The translations under genes were made by a program, and so were the position numbers. DNA of 63,213 bases, the filler included, from Choristocarpus tenellus KU-1152 (Eukaryota > Protista > Phaeophyceae), in NCBI GenBank assembly GCA_964200185.2. It is 11 parts of 11 records of this genome, joined end to end, with 100 filler letters (N's around TTAATTAATTAA, not from the genome) between each part and the next. Parts side by side here need not be neighbours in the genome. Positions count along the whole stretch, not along the records: positions 1 to 5,489 come from CAXNAD020010626.1; positions 5,590 to 11,702 come from CAXNAD020008908.1; positions 11,803 to 15,637 come from CAXNAD020017656.1; 8 more parts are not named here. One strand, written 5' to 3'. The notes beneath the pieces were generated by a model. It was not told the DNA's origin and searched no databases. It saw only the letters and a list, made by a program, of their open reading frames with translations. Positions 1 through 12,178 of this stretch are shown here, one piece after another. Position 1 is the first letter of the stretch; every line of letters starts with the position of its first letter.

Positions 1-168
1 CCCCCCCAGATACTTTGGGTCAAAAATAAAGAGGATCGTAGTACTTGATGGATTACTGGTATGGACATGTGCAACAACACCTACTCTTCACAAAGATGAC
101 CGATCAGTTATATTACTAGAGGATTAAAGGCATACGTTGGGAGTAGAGGATGTTTGTTCTTTTGTAAT

Positions 169-228
169 ATTTATTATTATGCCCTCTAACCTTTTCCAGG
201 TGTGTCAGTGAAAAATCAACAAAAACTA
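169..228 (-). mobile_element. 3' terminal fragment of the non-LTR element family at 37765-38865
   Basis: attatgccctctaaccttttccaggtgtgtcagtgaaaaatcaacaaaaacta matches 37765-37823 and 51571-51628; (TAA)n-like tail on the minus strand. Confidence 0.6.
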
Positions 229-249
229 TCCACATGATACTCGAAATAG

Positions 250-3200
250 ACAACATGAGGTTGTCATCCGATGTCTATTTGGTCTTATGGGAAGAAGAAG
301 TCCCTACACCGGACCTTCTGGCACTTGGAAGACTTTGATCGAGGGAAATGCAGGATCCACAGTCTAATCAAACAAATCCAGAGAAACAGTGGTGGTAGTT
401 TGGTGTGTGCTCCTTTGTGTTGCTTGTGTACATGCCTCTTCCAACATAAAGTTGCAGGTGCGTCAAATCATTGCCATCTACTTATTGGCATCCTCGTAGC
501 CCTCCTTGTAGATATAGTGATTGTTGCTTTGGCAAGTTCTGTTCTCTGGATACTGCTGTATCTCTACCCCCTATGAATCCTCTGCACTTTACTGTTGAAG
601 TCCAAGTATCAATCTGTGAAGAGTGCACCACTGCATAAGTTAGAGATCTACGCCCAAAGAAAAACAGTGAACACATCCTGTTTCACTTCCAAGAAAAAAA
701 AATGCACCCACGCACAACTAATACCCGAAACTGTCTCCCTCCCCTACATCTCCAGAGGCAACTGATACTTCCCTCAGGCGCGAATACACCCTGGCAAAAG
801 CGTTGGCATCCCTGTCCCTGGGGTGCTCCTTCAAAAAACGCTCCAAGTGATGCAGAGTCTCCATCCGCACAACTTGCTCCACTTGTCGAGTTACAGCAGG
901 AAAAGGCATCTGTACTACCTCTTCCTCTAACTGTGGTGATAAGGAAGCTTGTATCGATGTTGTTAATGGGACAGGTCTTACTCTCCCTGACCCATCTCGT
1001 TTTCCTATCTGTTCTGTGCCCCTTGAGCTTTCTGATGCCCTTGTCCCTGTCCCTAATCTTGAACTCTGTGCCAGTGTCACTTCTTCCTCGACAAGACCTA
1101 GTTCGAGGGCATTTTGAAGCCGAACGTAGGCCAACATGGTATTCTTCAGCAAGTCTGCCCGAGGGGATGAGAACGTGTCGTAGGCATCTACTGCCTCCAG
1201 GGTATCCCCTAGTAGCGAAGCTGCCTGTAGAGGTAGGACAGGAAGAGCTAAATTACTTGTTGGCTTTGCGGCAACTAACCAAGAGTTCAGATTTTCGAAT
1301 ATGGGAGTGAGGCAGGGATGTACGTTCAAAATCCCCCCTTGCTTTCAGGACTTGCAATGATTGGCAGATGTTTTTGTACTTGTCGATGGCATGCTGCTGT
1401 GTCATGTTAACGGTTCCTCGTGACACACTGTACTATGGATGAGTGATACCAACATAATCAATAAAGACGATTCCATGCCGACTGTGCACACATTGGACGG
1501 CTTCCATGCTACTTCAAATGGACTCATGTTTCTGATCATGGCATTCCCCCGGCCCTCTGATCTCAGTATGATTCTGAGAGGCATAGCATTGAGGGCCACC
1601 AGTGCATGATGCTATTGAGAGACACCATTGTGATCGATTGTCACGATAAATAGAGGCAATTATGTCTACAACCCATAATTCAAAGAAAAGAAAGGATGAA
1701 ATACTGTAATTATTGATCTCACATCGTTTAGGATACCAACCGAAGAGGTTTACTCTCTCAGTACATGGGAAATACCCCATTTATTGTCCCCGAGGGGTCC
1801 CCCAAAAAGTGTCTAGAAGTACTGTATGCTAGATTGATATGCACATGTGCACAACGATACAATGATGGAGGAAGGCATTTTCATGGTTGCATCTATTTTA
1901 CTCTAATAGAGAGAGAAATCAAGGGGGAAACCATTTTCTTCAAACTGTTCATTTTTTGATGGAACTACTTGTCCGTACAGATTTGACTCAAAGTAAACGA
2001 GATGTACCCAGTTTTTGGTCGTTTTGCATTTTAAGCCAGTTTTTCAATCTTCGCAAATCATCATATTTCTATGGACATATTGCCAAGTTTGACTTGAGAG
2101 GGTTTATTTGTCTATTGTTTAAAATATTTCAAAATAATTCGGAAAATATCTTACACACATTTTATTTTAAAAAGCCGAATTTTGCACATATTTCCTAGAT
2201 CCTTAAATAGCAACGCTCAGTACCTATAACTTACTTTGACTCTGTACCCCTTTGAGATAAGGGATTTCATTAGGGGGAAAATAGTACACGTCAACCTGAA
2301 CACACAGCATATGGCCTCCGCAAAATTCATTCACATGTGGAATCTTTTTTCTGTTGCAGTAGTCGAAATTCGACTATACCATATGTGTGATACGTGAGTA
2401 TGAAGTTTCATAGAAGTACTTCTACTACTCTACTCCTTTGGTATAGTGCCAAAACAGTGGGACACCTGTTATTCCGGCAGTCCTCCTTGTTTCTGTTCAT
2501 TGGAGTACTCCCTATACTGAGAGGGTGTTACAGGCAATGATCAAAATGAATAATCAGTTGGACCAACAGGATGACCTGCGTGCTGCCTAAACCAATAGTG
2601 TAACATGTCCCCTCAAAATCTACTTTAACCCTCTCAATGCCCCCAACATCAACATAAACTATCTCCAGGGCACCTCACTCACTGTCTGCAAGGCACCAAG
2701 AACGGCTGCCCTTTGGCCGGATAGTAGAACTCCAGGCTTCCACACATCAAGAGCATAGGATAGAAAGAAGAGTCCCATCTGATAATGAGCATCCCAGAAC
2801 ACGCTACTGGCAGCAAATTCCCAAGTCCCTGGTGGGAATAGGTCTCTTGGGGCTGGTTGCAAGCAACGTTGTAGCCTGGCAAAGCAAGGTACAACTATAT
2901 TTACATGAATTGTATTAACATGTGACAAAGTAGTGTTTGTCAGAAAATGGATGGAAGAGCGTTTCAATATTAACATTCTCAATTTTTTGTTTATCACTAT
3001 GAGTGTTCTATGCTGTGTGTAGTGAGTGTGCATGATATATATTCAATGAGTACAAACGACAAGCAGAGCTGTGCCAAGTGACCAACCACACACCTGGAAA
3101 AAAAGGATCTCTACGTGCAGCGGGAAGACAGGTCATACTCACATTCAAAATTGCGTAGGAATGGTTGAACTTCTATTGTGCGTGTAGCTGCAAAATATCC

Positions 3201-4600
3201 AAAGTACTCTCTACTCTACATCAATGAAAATGAAGTCACACCACTACTAACTAGTACCATGTGCGCTCCAGGAAACCATCCAGCAACTCAAAGACAACTA
3301 TGACATAGTATCCTACTCAATTTTGAGGTTTACGGCCCACTTGATCAAAGTACAAAACGAAAGCAAACACCAAACCTTGTGAGCTGATCGAGTGATGCAC
3401 TGTGCCATGTCTCCGTCTCTACAGACGACATCCCCGGCAGCACTCGGTATGTCAGACCCCAGGGTAGGAGGGTCAGGCCATGATAGCTTCCTGCTGCCTC
3501 AACCTCTCTCTCATCCACTGCTTGCATGTCCAAAAACATTGGGCGACCTCCCTTGCCAAATTTATCTCCTTTATCTTCTTCTCGCTTCCTCTTCTCCTTG
3601 ACCCCAGGAACAACACCCTCCATCCCAACCTTTCCTCCACTATCCATCCAGCTCTCATCCCAATTCCTGTTAGCCCTCAGAAATCTTGTGACCAAAAGGG
3701 TGTTACCCATGCTCTCTCTCCTGGTTGAGACCCTGGGAAGGATGGGAGGGAATTTTACTCCCGGGTGGAGTGCAACCTGCACACGCTCCCACCAAGGGTA
3801 GGGCATCATCTGCAGGCTTATGTGGGTCACATCAGAGCGTGCACCCTCACAGACTGTATAATCAATCGAAGGTGTTGTTGGGAAGAAAAATCAAATGAAA
3901 TCAGGGGGTGAAACGCTGTGCAGGTCAAATTGGCTGGCGGTAGGGTACATGATGGTCTTTGTAGAGAACAGATATTGAATACCCTTGCTGAGGTGCTCTA
4001 GAAACTACTCTGTGTAAGATTCGGGCGCATATTGAAGTCTACATCGAACGGCTGTCAGTTCCAATGGTAGATTACAGGTTCTGGTATGGATTTAGTGGTG
4101 GATCCCTCAATCGTTGATACAGTGGAAATCAAGACTTTCTGCTCGTCTTTCCATTGCCCCAGTGCCAGAACTAGGATCTCAGGGCTACATGCACAATTCA
4201 GAGGCTTAAATCTTGTGGGGAGATGAAAATTTATACAGGAAGCTGCGGGGGTATGATTATGTCCTTAGCAACGGAACAATAGATATTGATATATTCAGCA
4301 GCATAAACCCCCTTCAGTACCCATACAAAAATCCATTCTTTGGATAAGGGTGTTTTGCCAATCAGTTGAGGGCCAGTCAAATGATAATATATTAGCTCTA
4401 TAAAATCCATCAATACCTGGCAATTATCTCAAAGGGTGTGCACTTCATCTCTCTCAACTGGCCTCTGATACAATTTGATATGACAGTAATGAAGCACGGT
4501 CTCAGGAACCTTAGGCTTGGACTCTAGGAGCAATAGTTTCAAGTCTACAATAACAACTGCGCTGAGCTAATACCCCTCCTAAAGTCCCGCGTAATGCCAA
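250..4600 (-). pseudogene. Decayed coding remnant, possibly a large DNA transposon (weak CxC/KDZ-transposase-like features)
   Basis: Long minus-strand frames broken by stops and frameshifts (718-1329, 1514-1780, 2679-2894, 4231-4560). Cys-rich segments and GYFPCT and FDxT-like motifs. Interrupted by a MITE at 1985-2242. Confidence 0.3.
1985..2242 (+). mobile_element. MITE family C (TIR GA[CG]TCAAAGTAA...TTACTTTGACTC)
   Basis: Terminal inverted repeats; an inverted homologous copy lies at about 34642-34882. TSD not preserved. Confidence 0.75.
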
Positions 4601-4653
4601 AGGTCCTGCGGCACCAAACCCTTCGACAGTTCCTGGTGTCAATTGTGTCAAGG

Positions 4654-4797
4654 ATTTCTGATCCGAACTGCTATTTTTGGACATTTCTGATCTGAACTGC
4701 TATTTTTGGACATTTCTGATCCGAACTGCTATTTGGACATTTCTGATCCGAACTGCTATTTTTGGACATTTCTGATCCGAACTGCTATTTTTGGACA
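4654..4797 (+). repeat. Tandem repeat, ~29-bp unit ggacatttctgatccgaactgctattttt, ~5 copies
   Basis: Near-identical adjacent units with no spacers. Confidence 0.95.
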
Positions 4798-5201
4798 ACG
4801 CTCGTACCTCTGAGGTACCGCACAGGATTCAGGTCCAGGTCAGTGTGGGACAGCAACAGGGCCCCAGAGGGAAGGGAAGACAAAATCGCCTGCCAATGCC
4901 GAAGGAGTCAATGGGCAGGACGAGGCGATGCAGGAAACGTTAGGTGAACTCTGCTGTTTTGATGTTTTTGTAGAATGCTGGACTGCTCAAATGTCACCTA
5001 TACCTATATAGTGAGGGGTCTGCTGTGAACTGCTGTGAATGATAGGCAACCGCCAATCCCCAACTGATCGTGTGTTCATTGTACTCAATGAGTGCCACTT
5101 AAGCAACGAACTTTGGCCCCTAATCCATCTCCAATTATTTTTGTTGCTAACCATATGAGCATATTATGGTGCCTACCCTCTAGGATCTTGTTTTTTTTGT
5201 T

Positions 5202-5458
5202 GAGCCCAACCAGTTGAGAGGCAGGCAGGGGTTCAATTTAAATATCCCGAAAAAGGGCAAAAGGATGTCATTTTGTGCAATCATAGAAGAGGCCTTGCTT
5301 AATTGTGGTGTCACTTTGTGTATGGAGAGGGGGGATAATCAATTTTGCGTGTACTATTGAGCAAATGCAGAAATGAAATAGAGTATTGCGCAGAGTAAGA
5401 AAAGGTGACTTGGAATGCAAAAGGGTCCAAACCTGCCTACCTCTCGATTGGTTTAGCT
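5202..5458. mobile_element. Diverged MITE (family E) with ~28-bp imperfect TIR
   Basis: gagcccaaccagttgagaggcaggcagg at the left versus cctgcctacctctcgattggtttagct at the right; flanked by tgtt/tgtt (4-bp TSD if the terminal C was lost). Confidence 0.6.
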
Positions 5459-5589
5459 TGTTCTGCAGGACTGAATCTCCCCCCCCTCCNNNNNNNNNNN
5501 NNNNNNNNNNNNNNNNNNNNNNNNNNNNNNNNNTTAATTAATTAANNNNNNNNNNNNNNNNNNNNNNNNNNNNNNNNNNNNNNNNNNNN

Positions 5590-8500
5590 CCCCCCCAAAC
5601 CATCAATCCCCGGTAGAACGCCTTCCTTGACACTGTCATCACTTCCTTCACCTCCACTTCCCCCCTCAGATCCATTCCCCTCTCCACGCAGAGCTCCTGA
5701 TTTTCCGTGCAATGCCTGTGACCTTGAGGGGCCTCGATGCTCATCACCTTGTCGATGCTCATCTCTAAAAACCAAGTATAACAGAAATCAATTGAAGGAG
5801 AGGAAGGAAAGGGGGAAAAATCTCAGTGTCCTGTTTTCGACAAACTGAACAGATAAGTTCAGACACAAAACCGAGGTGGGAGAGCCAGTTGCAGACCAAG
5901 CATGTGCTTCTGACTGCCCAAGCCTGGGACATGGGGTATCCCATTTGTGTACCTATTCTTTGGTATCACATTTAATAACTCCAAATTTTCCCAGTAATGA
6001 TAATATCTTGGTCCAAAGCTGATACGATCCAGGGAAACCACAGGGACATCAATCATCACCTTCCCCTCCCCTGAACAGGATTTTTTTTCTTATTCTCATA
6101 ATGCATGGTCAAGGTACCAGATCTGAAGGTCCCTTAGTAGGAAATCGAATGTTACCAAGTTTCATTATAGTACATTTGAGATTAGGAGCACAACCCACTG
6201 ACAGAAGAGAGCACCTTAGGGTTAGGGTTAGGGTTAGCTACAAATCCTCCCAAATTCTTAACCACGAAGGCAATGACCAAAAACACAACACACAGCAACA
6301 GAGTGCCCCAAACAGCCAATAATTATTGATGTCCCTTTCCACTCAAATAGGATTTCCCATGATAGCCCTCAAAATCACACACCAATAATCAATAATATTT
6401 TACCCCCTACACCCACTATGCTAACCCCGTTCTGGGGCCCCTAACACCGTATTCAAGTAATTTCTGGCCTGGATTACTGCTGGTAGCTGGGTACCTCTAG
6501 AGTTTTCCTGCTTTCTTCCCATTTTAACCTTCTATCCATGGAATAATCAGAGTTTCAGCCCATGGCTTAATTCTTCCTTGCAACAAATGCTGTTGATTGG
6601 GCTAAACTAATTATCACTCCTCCCCTTCAGTAAGCGAATCAGCTCATGGCAGAACAGTCACAAAACTTGATCATGCTCTGAACCTACCTTCCGTCTGAGG
6701 CCTCTCTCCAACCATCCTCCCTGCCTCCCTCTGTTTCTCGGTCTGCACCGTCTCTATTTGTCAAAGCAAGCACCCTCTCCTCACCCAGCATGTTCTCCCT
6801 GCTTGCATCACTATCCCCATCCATTATTGCCTTGGTGCCATGGTCACTATACTTCCACACGCAGACCAAGTTATCACCACTTCCTGTGGCAAACATGCCA
6901 TTTGTGGGAGAGGCAGATACGCCAATCACAGAATTCATGAAGCCTGTAACAGTTGCCACCTATGATTCATGTTTCACCAAAACAATAACAGAGTCAGTAG
7001 ACATTGCTGTTGCACAACACATCTTTCTTAGGGTTAGGGATGAGGATTTGGTTTAGTGTTCAAGTTTCATTTAAATTGTAAAAAGTATGTTTCCTCAAGA
7101 GTTATAGGGATGAGGTTAGGGTTTTATTACTCAAGATTTGTCATTAATGTATCATAGTGCATTTGTCTTAGGGTTAGGGTTAGGGGTGAGGTTATCTTAC
7201 TGTACAAAGTTTTACTATTGTCAATTTTTGTTAAGGTTAAGGATATGGTTGTGGTTTACTGTAGAGTTAGGGTTAGGGTTAGAGAGGTTGTATCCCCATC
7301 TATTCTCCTCACTTGGGGTTGGGAAACTACTTATGAAAAGGAAGGCCCTGATAGGTTGATCCCATCTCAGGCCCATCTCAGGTCCATCTCAAAAAAGAAG
7401 GAAATTTACCACTCCTGCTGTGACGATGAGACAACTTCTCTCAATCATCAATACTATTTCATAAAAAGTCTTCATCACATGACAAAAGGTAGCTATGCAT
7501 CTCACAACATCCAATCCATTATTGAAATCAGCCCTGACCTTGGAAGGGCCGTCCTTGTCATAGAGAATCGTTGTCGCCTTTACACCACTTTGCATCTTAA
7601 ATTATTATTATTATTATTATTACTGATACAAAACATTCAAACTGGTGACATTTCATTTGCAAAAAATAAAAGGCAACATCCTTGGAACCCTTGACATCAA
7701 CGTTGATGAAGGCCAAAAATATACATTCCTGATAAAAAAAAACACCAGCAACAGCATAATCAACCATAACATATACAGATACATCTTCTGCCTTGTCTCC
7801 CTCTGCTCCCTACTACAAATGTGTTCTAAAGTGCTAAACGTCACCTGCTTCATCCTCTTAGCATCCCACAGGATGATTGAGCGATCCTTGGAGCCTGAGA
7901 TAATGTACTTCCCATCCTGAGAAAAGCAGACAGACAACACATAGTCGCTGTGCCCTCCTGGAAGAGTCCTGGGCTGCGGCGAGAGACGACCCTCTGAACC
8001 AGGTCCAAGGTCCCACACCTGAAGTCATCATTCAGAGCAAGATGTACATGGGGTTCAATAGGAGGATGCAATAGAATCACTCTGGGAAAAGAAACAACAT
8101 TTGTTTGAACGTTGTAGACAACTATATGCTACATGTTGACATATAGGAACAGTGGTAAGACGCCAGAGATGTGGCAGAGGGGTTCTACATACATTGAAGC
8201 GACTTTTATTTGTACATGATCAAGTACACAATTCTAGAAACGCATCATAACCCTAACCCTAACCCTAACCCTACGTAACATCCTTCCTACACACACACCT
8301 AGCTACATATCCTGCTCAAGACTCTGTTCAAAAATATGCACAATGCACTCAAGATCCGACACGGGTTTCCAACACCTTGAGAAGTTGCCACACTTACTAT
8401 ACATGTGTGCCACACTCCAAGCTCTGTTTATCTCTAGAGGCACCATATCAAAATGTGAATCACATCTTGAACAGAAAACCATCTTCACAATATCTTAACA

Positions 8501-11276
8501 TAGATGGATACACATGCCTTGATTGTCTTATCCAGTCCCCCGGACACCAAAAGGTTCCCATCCAGAGAGAATGTAACAGCATACACCGACTCAGTGTGAC
8601 CATCCAGGCGGTGAAGGAGCTTGGATGTGTGCGTGGACCAGACATGCACAATGCGATCAATAGAAGCAGCTGCCACCATTTCAGTGTCCTATTCGGAGGG
8701 TTAGGGTTAGTTGGGGTTAGGGTTAAGAGTTAGAAAAAGGGAGTTACAGGGAAAGATGGGAGGTGGGGTAGGGGGAGTCAAAAGGTAAACCACCCAAGAA
8801 TTGAACCATCTCGTAGACATAATTTGGTACAAAAGAAAATTCTTATCCAATTGGAGATTCTGGATTAGGGCTAGAGATAAACAAACAGTACCACAAAGCT
8901 GTGAGTACAGAAGAAAACGGACATGAAAAGAGAACTATCCATCCACATCAACTGGATGCAAATAGTATAGAGCGTCAATAGATGCCTTCAAGTAGAAACA
9001 TAGCTTGTTCTGAGGCACTGTATTATGGTTCACTGTGACTATCAAGTGTTCAATTGCAGTCTGTCTCTTCTCAAGTACTACCTGTTTAATCCTCCAACAG
9101 TGTTCACAAATCTATGGCAAAAAGACACCGCAACCACCCTACACAACTGGTGTACTTCTTCAAGGCGTAAGTTTAGTGTGTCACAATTCATCTATCTCCT
9201 CAAGAGGCTAACCCTAACCCTAACTCTAACACATTTTATCTATCCCCCCAAGAGGCTAACCCTAACCCAAGAGGCTAAAGTACTGTTACCATTTCACAAG
9301 ACTTCTGTAGCCAGTTTCACCATAATTTATTGTACCTTTTTTGTCAATACCCCACAACACTACTACTACAAAGATATACCCTATTTTATCAATTCCTTAA
9401 CGATACAAACATAGCCTAACCCTAACCCTAAGCATTATCTTGTCAACCCCCCTGTAAACTTAGACATACAACCATTCCTGCACCACTGTATCCTCGAAAG
9501 TGCTCACATGAGTTAGGGCTAGCTCCACTTACAACCACTCTACATCCAACCTATATATATCCCCCTTATCTACCTTCCACATCAAGAAGACTATACAATT
9601 GTCAATATATCACATAGGAGACAAAGCACATCACTACAACCAAGGCCTTCCATACATCATACCTATGTAGGCACTGGTATAGCTCAATCATCACTGTAAA
9701 TATCACATCCCTACATTGTAACTACCTTGGTCAGTGGTCTGCTGCCATCTCAAAAGCCATCCCAAAAGTCACCAAGAGCTCTTCATCCAACACACCAGCC
9801 AGCACCCACATTAGCCCATTCACTCTTGTCAACACACTTGATACGGCGCAACTAATGGCCTACCTAGTCTCAGCTGCTGTAACTCATCCCAAGACTCATC
9901 AATACATGTATTTGTACAGTATACCATAGCATAGTATAGGGTTAGGGTTAGGGCGAGTCACAATGGTCCTACCATAGGGTTATGAATTATCAACCAATCT
10001 AACCTGACGAAGCACCACTGATGTAACGCCTTCCTGCGGTCCAGTTGTATCCCCCAACGCTGCCCGACACACTCCTGTCACTGCATTCCACAAACGGATG
10101 CGACCATCCCCACTCCCCGAAGCAATCATGTTCCCCACCCAGTCCAAGGAGTACACCTCACTCTATACCACACAAGGACAAAGGATTTTATTAGATATAT
10201 ATTCAGTGTGGGTATTATGCTTGTATCAAATCTCACTCGATTTTTCAAGTTCACTACAGTGACTGTAGGGTTAGGGCTTGTGAGGGTAGGGACACTCTGA
10301 CAATGAAACAATAATATAATAGAGCTCCAAGATAGGATTATTGAGATTCACTCTAGAACAATAATAAAAACACAGCTTCAAAACCCTAACCCTATGTAAG
10401 GACAAGAAGATCCCCAATCTGGCACCAAATTTGATTCTTGCTCAAGAATATGAGACATTTTGGGTCAAAATTGTCCCAAATCTACCCAAAATGACATGGA
10501 CACAATCAAACATGACACAAAGCCTTTAAATTCTACTGTGGAAAAAAGAGTGAGACAGCATATTTCCACAAACAAATTGATTTGTGGAGGGCTGCATACC
10601 AACAGTATCATATCTATTGTGCTCTTTGTGCCTAACCTACAATACAAGCAAGCACAAACAACATAGAATATCTGTGGGTGTTAAAAAAATATAGCACAAC
10701 TCAAGGTCAAGGCCACCAGCTCCAGAGTGATAAACAGGTAGCAACAGGTCATCATAGCGCAACTCAGATATTTTGTTCATTAACAAGGTTTGTTTCTTTT
10801 CCCCACTGAGCTAGGAAAATCTGGCATCTTCAACTTCTTCTCTTTACAAAACAAGTCTAAAAACAGATACCTGTCGTCTAGTTTGTCGATATCTACAATA
10901 AATAGTACAAACTACCACACGTTTCAGCAAGCAATCACACCTCCGACCTCACCTCATGTCCAGACAAGAGCACTCCTCCCCCCCCCCCCCCCCCCCCACC
11001 CCGATAATTATTTCCCCGGGCATTTTCCTTCCCCCCCACTCACCACTCAACAACCCCGACCCCACGCACNNNNNNNNNNCCCATTCCCGCAACCAACCCC
11101 CCCCCCCCCCCCCCCCCCGGCCCACCCAAAAGCCCTCCCCCCCCCCCCCCCCCGTGCCTAAGCATCAATATCTTGGCAGAGTTCTTCTCCATCCCCGCAA
11201 CAATCGACAAACCATCCGGACTGAAGCATACCGCACGGACGTAAGGGTCAGCCTCTTCATTGCCCCTCTCTGCAGT
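5590..11276 (-). CDS. TUP1: Tup1-like WD40 transcriptional corepressor (partial, multi-exon)
   Basis: Phase-compatible exons 11276-10953 (contains a poorly assembled poly-C/N block), 10162-10004, 8688-8518, 8018-7845, 6959-6688, 5764-5590. Peptides [16 protein letters not shown]|[86 protein letters not shown] follow the Tup1 WD40 blades in order. Confidence 0.85.
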
Positions 11277-11449
11277 CTGTTGGTCAGTGAACAGTGGTGT
11301 CAGGCCGCGTCAAGGACGAAAACAATAGGAGACAAGAAAAATATATATATATATATATATTTCTTTACATCAATGGAACAAATCGAGTTATCAAAATTAC
11401 CCAACAGAATGCCTTCTTCCTTGGACCATCCCTAACCCTAATCCTAACT
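6216..11449. repeat. Dispersed short interstitial (TTAGGG/CCCTAA)n tracts in Tup1-like introns, at about 6216, 7028, 7115, 7168, 7265, 8248, 8698, 9208, 9257, 9414, 9936, 10265, 10383, 11430
   Basis: Read directly; 1-4 units each, both orientations, some degenerate. Confidence 0.9.
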
Positions 11450-12178
11450 GCAACAATAAGAAAAATGACTAGTCCATAAACTACTCTTCAGATAGAAATT
11501 GGAACTTGACAGAACTGGACATTATCTTCACGCTCCAATGCAGTTAAAATTGAGAGAGGTGAGAGTTGTCCAATTAAAATTAAAATTCAAACAGAGGTAC
11601 CTCACAAATATGAAAATAATTTTTTTATAGTCCCCCCAACTGTTGGCCAACCCACACTCCACACCTTGACAGGATAGCAGAGTCTCATACGTATAGACTC
11701 CCNNNNNNNNNNNNNNNNNNNNNNNNNNNNNNNNNNNNNNNNNNNNTTAATTAATTAANNNNNNNNNNNNNNNNNNNNNNNNNNNNNNNNNNNNNNNNNN
11801 NNAACTCTACCAACACCCCCCAGTTAATCCTACCGCAAAAAACGGAAACTTCCTGAACCAATATTGGTGCCCCCCCCCCCCCCCCCCCCCCCCAAAAGGA
11901 CCCTACTTCAAACCCTGGTATCAGCAAGCATAGAATGAAGACGTGGATGTACTGACCAAGGAACATCGAAGGGGCTCACAAGCAACACTCAACACTGGCT
12001 CTATTGTACTGCCGTAGATACAATGCTATAAATAGAGTAGACTGGAAGGACTGCCAAACTTTCACTCACACAACTAAAACATAAAGGCCCTACAATACTC
12101 CCCCTACCCTCTTGAGAGTACAATCTTGGTGTACACTAGAATGCTATCACTCAGAAGTGGCCATATTACCTCACGTAC

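Noticed and set aside
4654-4797. CRISPR-like 29-bp repeats (also the 42-bp and 89-bp arrays)
   Set aside because: No unique spacers, no cas genes, eukaryotic context; plain tandem repeats.
5534-5545. Recurrent TTAATTAATTAA palindrome
   Set aside because: Artificial six-frame-stop linker embedded in Ns; ORFs running into it are artefacts.
8248-8273. True chromosome end at the CCCTAA tracts; LTLTLT and VRVRVR peptides in the ORF track
   Set aside because: Tracts are <=4 units, internal and in both orientations; the peptides are just their translations. No flanking duplication is visible for this tract.
10978-11155. Proline-rich ORFs / G-quadruplex block inside a Tup1-like exon
   Set aside because: Poly-C with an internal N gap splitting a WD40 blade; most likely a sequencing or gap-fill artefact.
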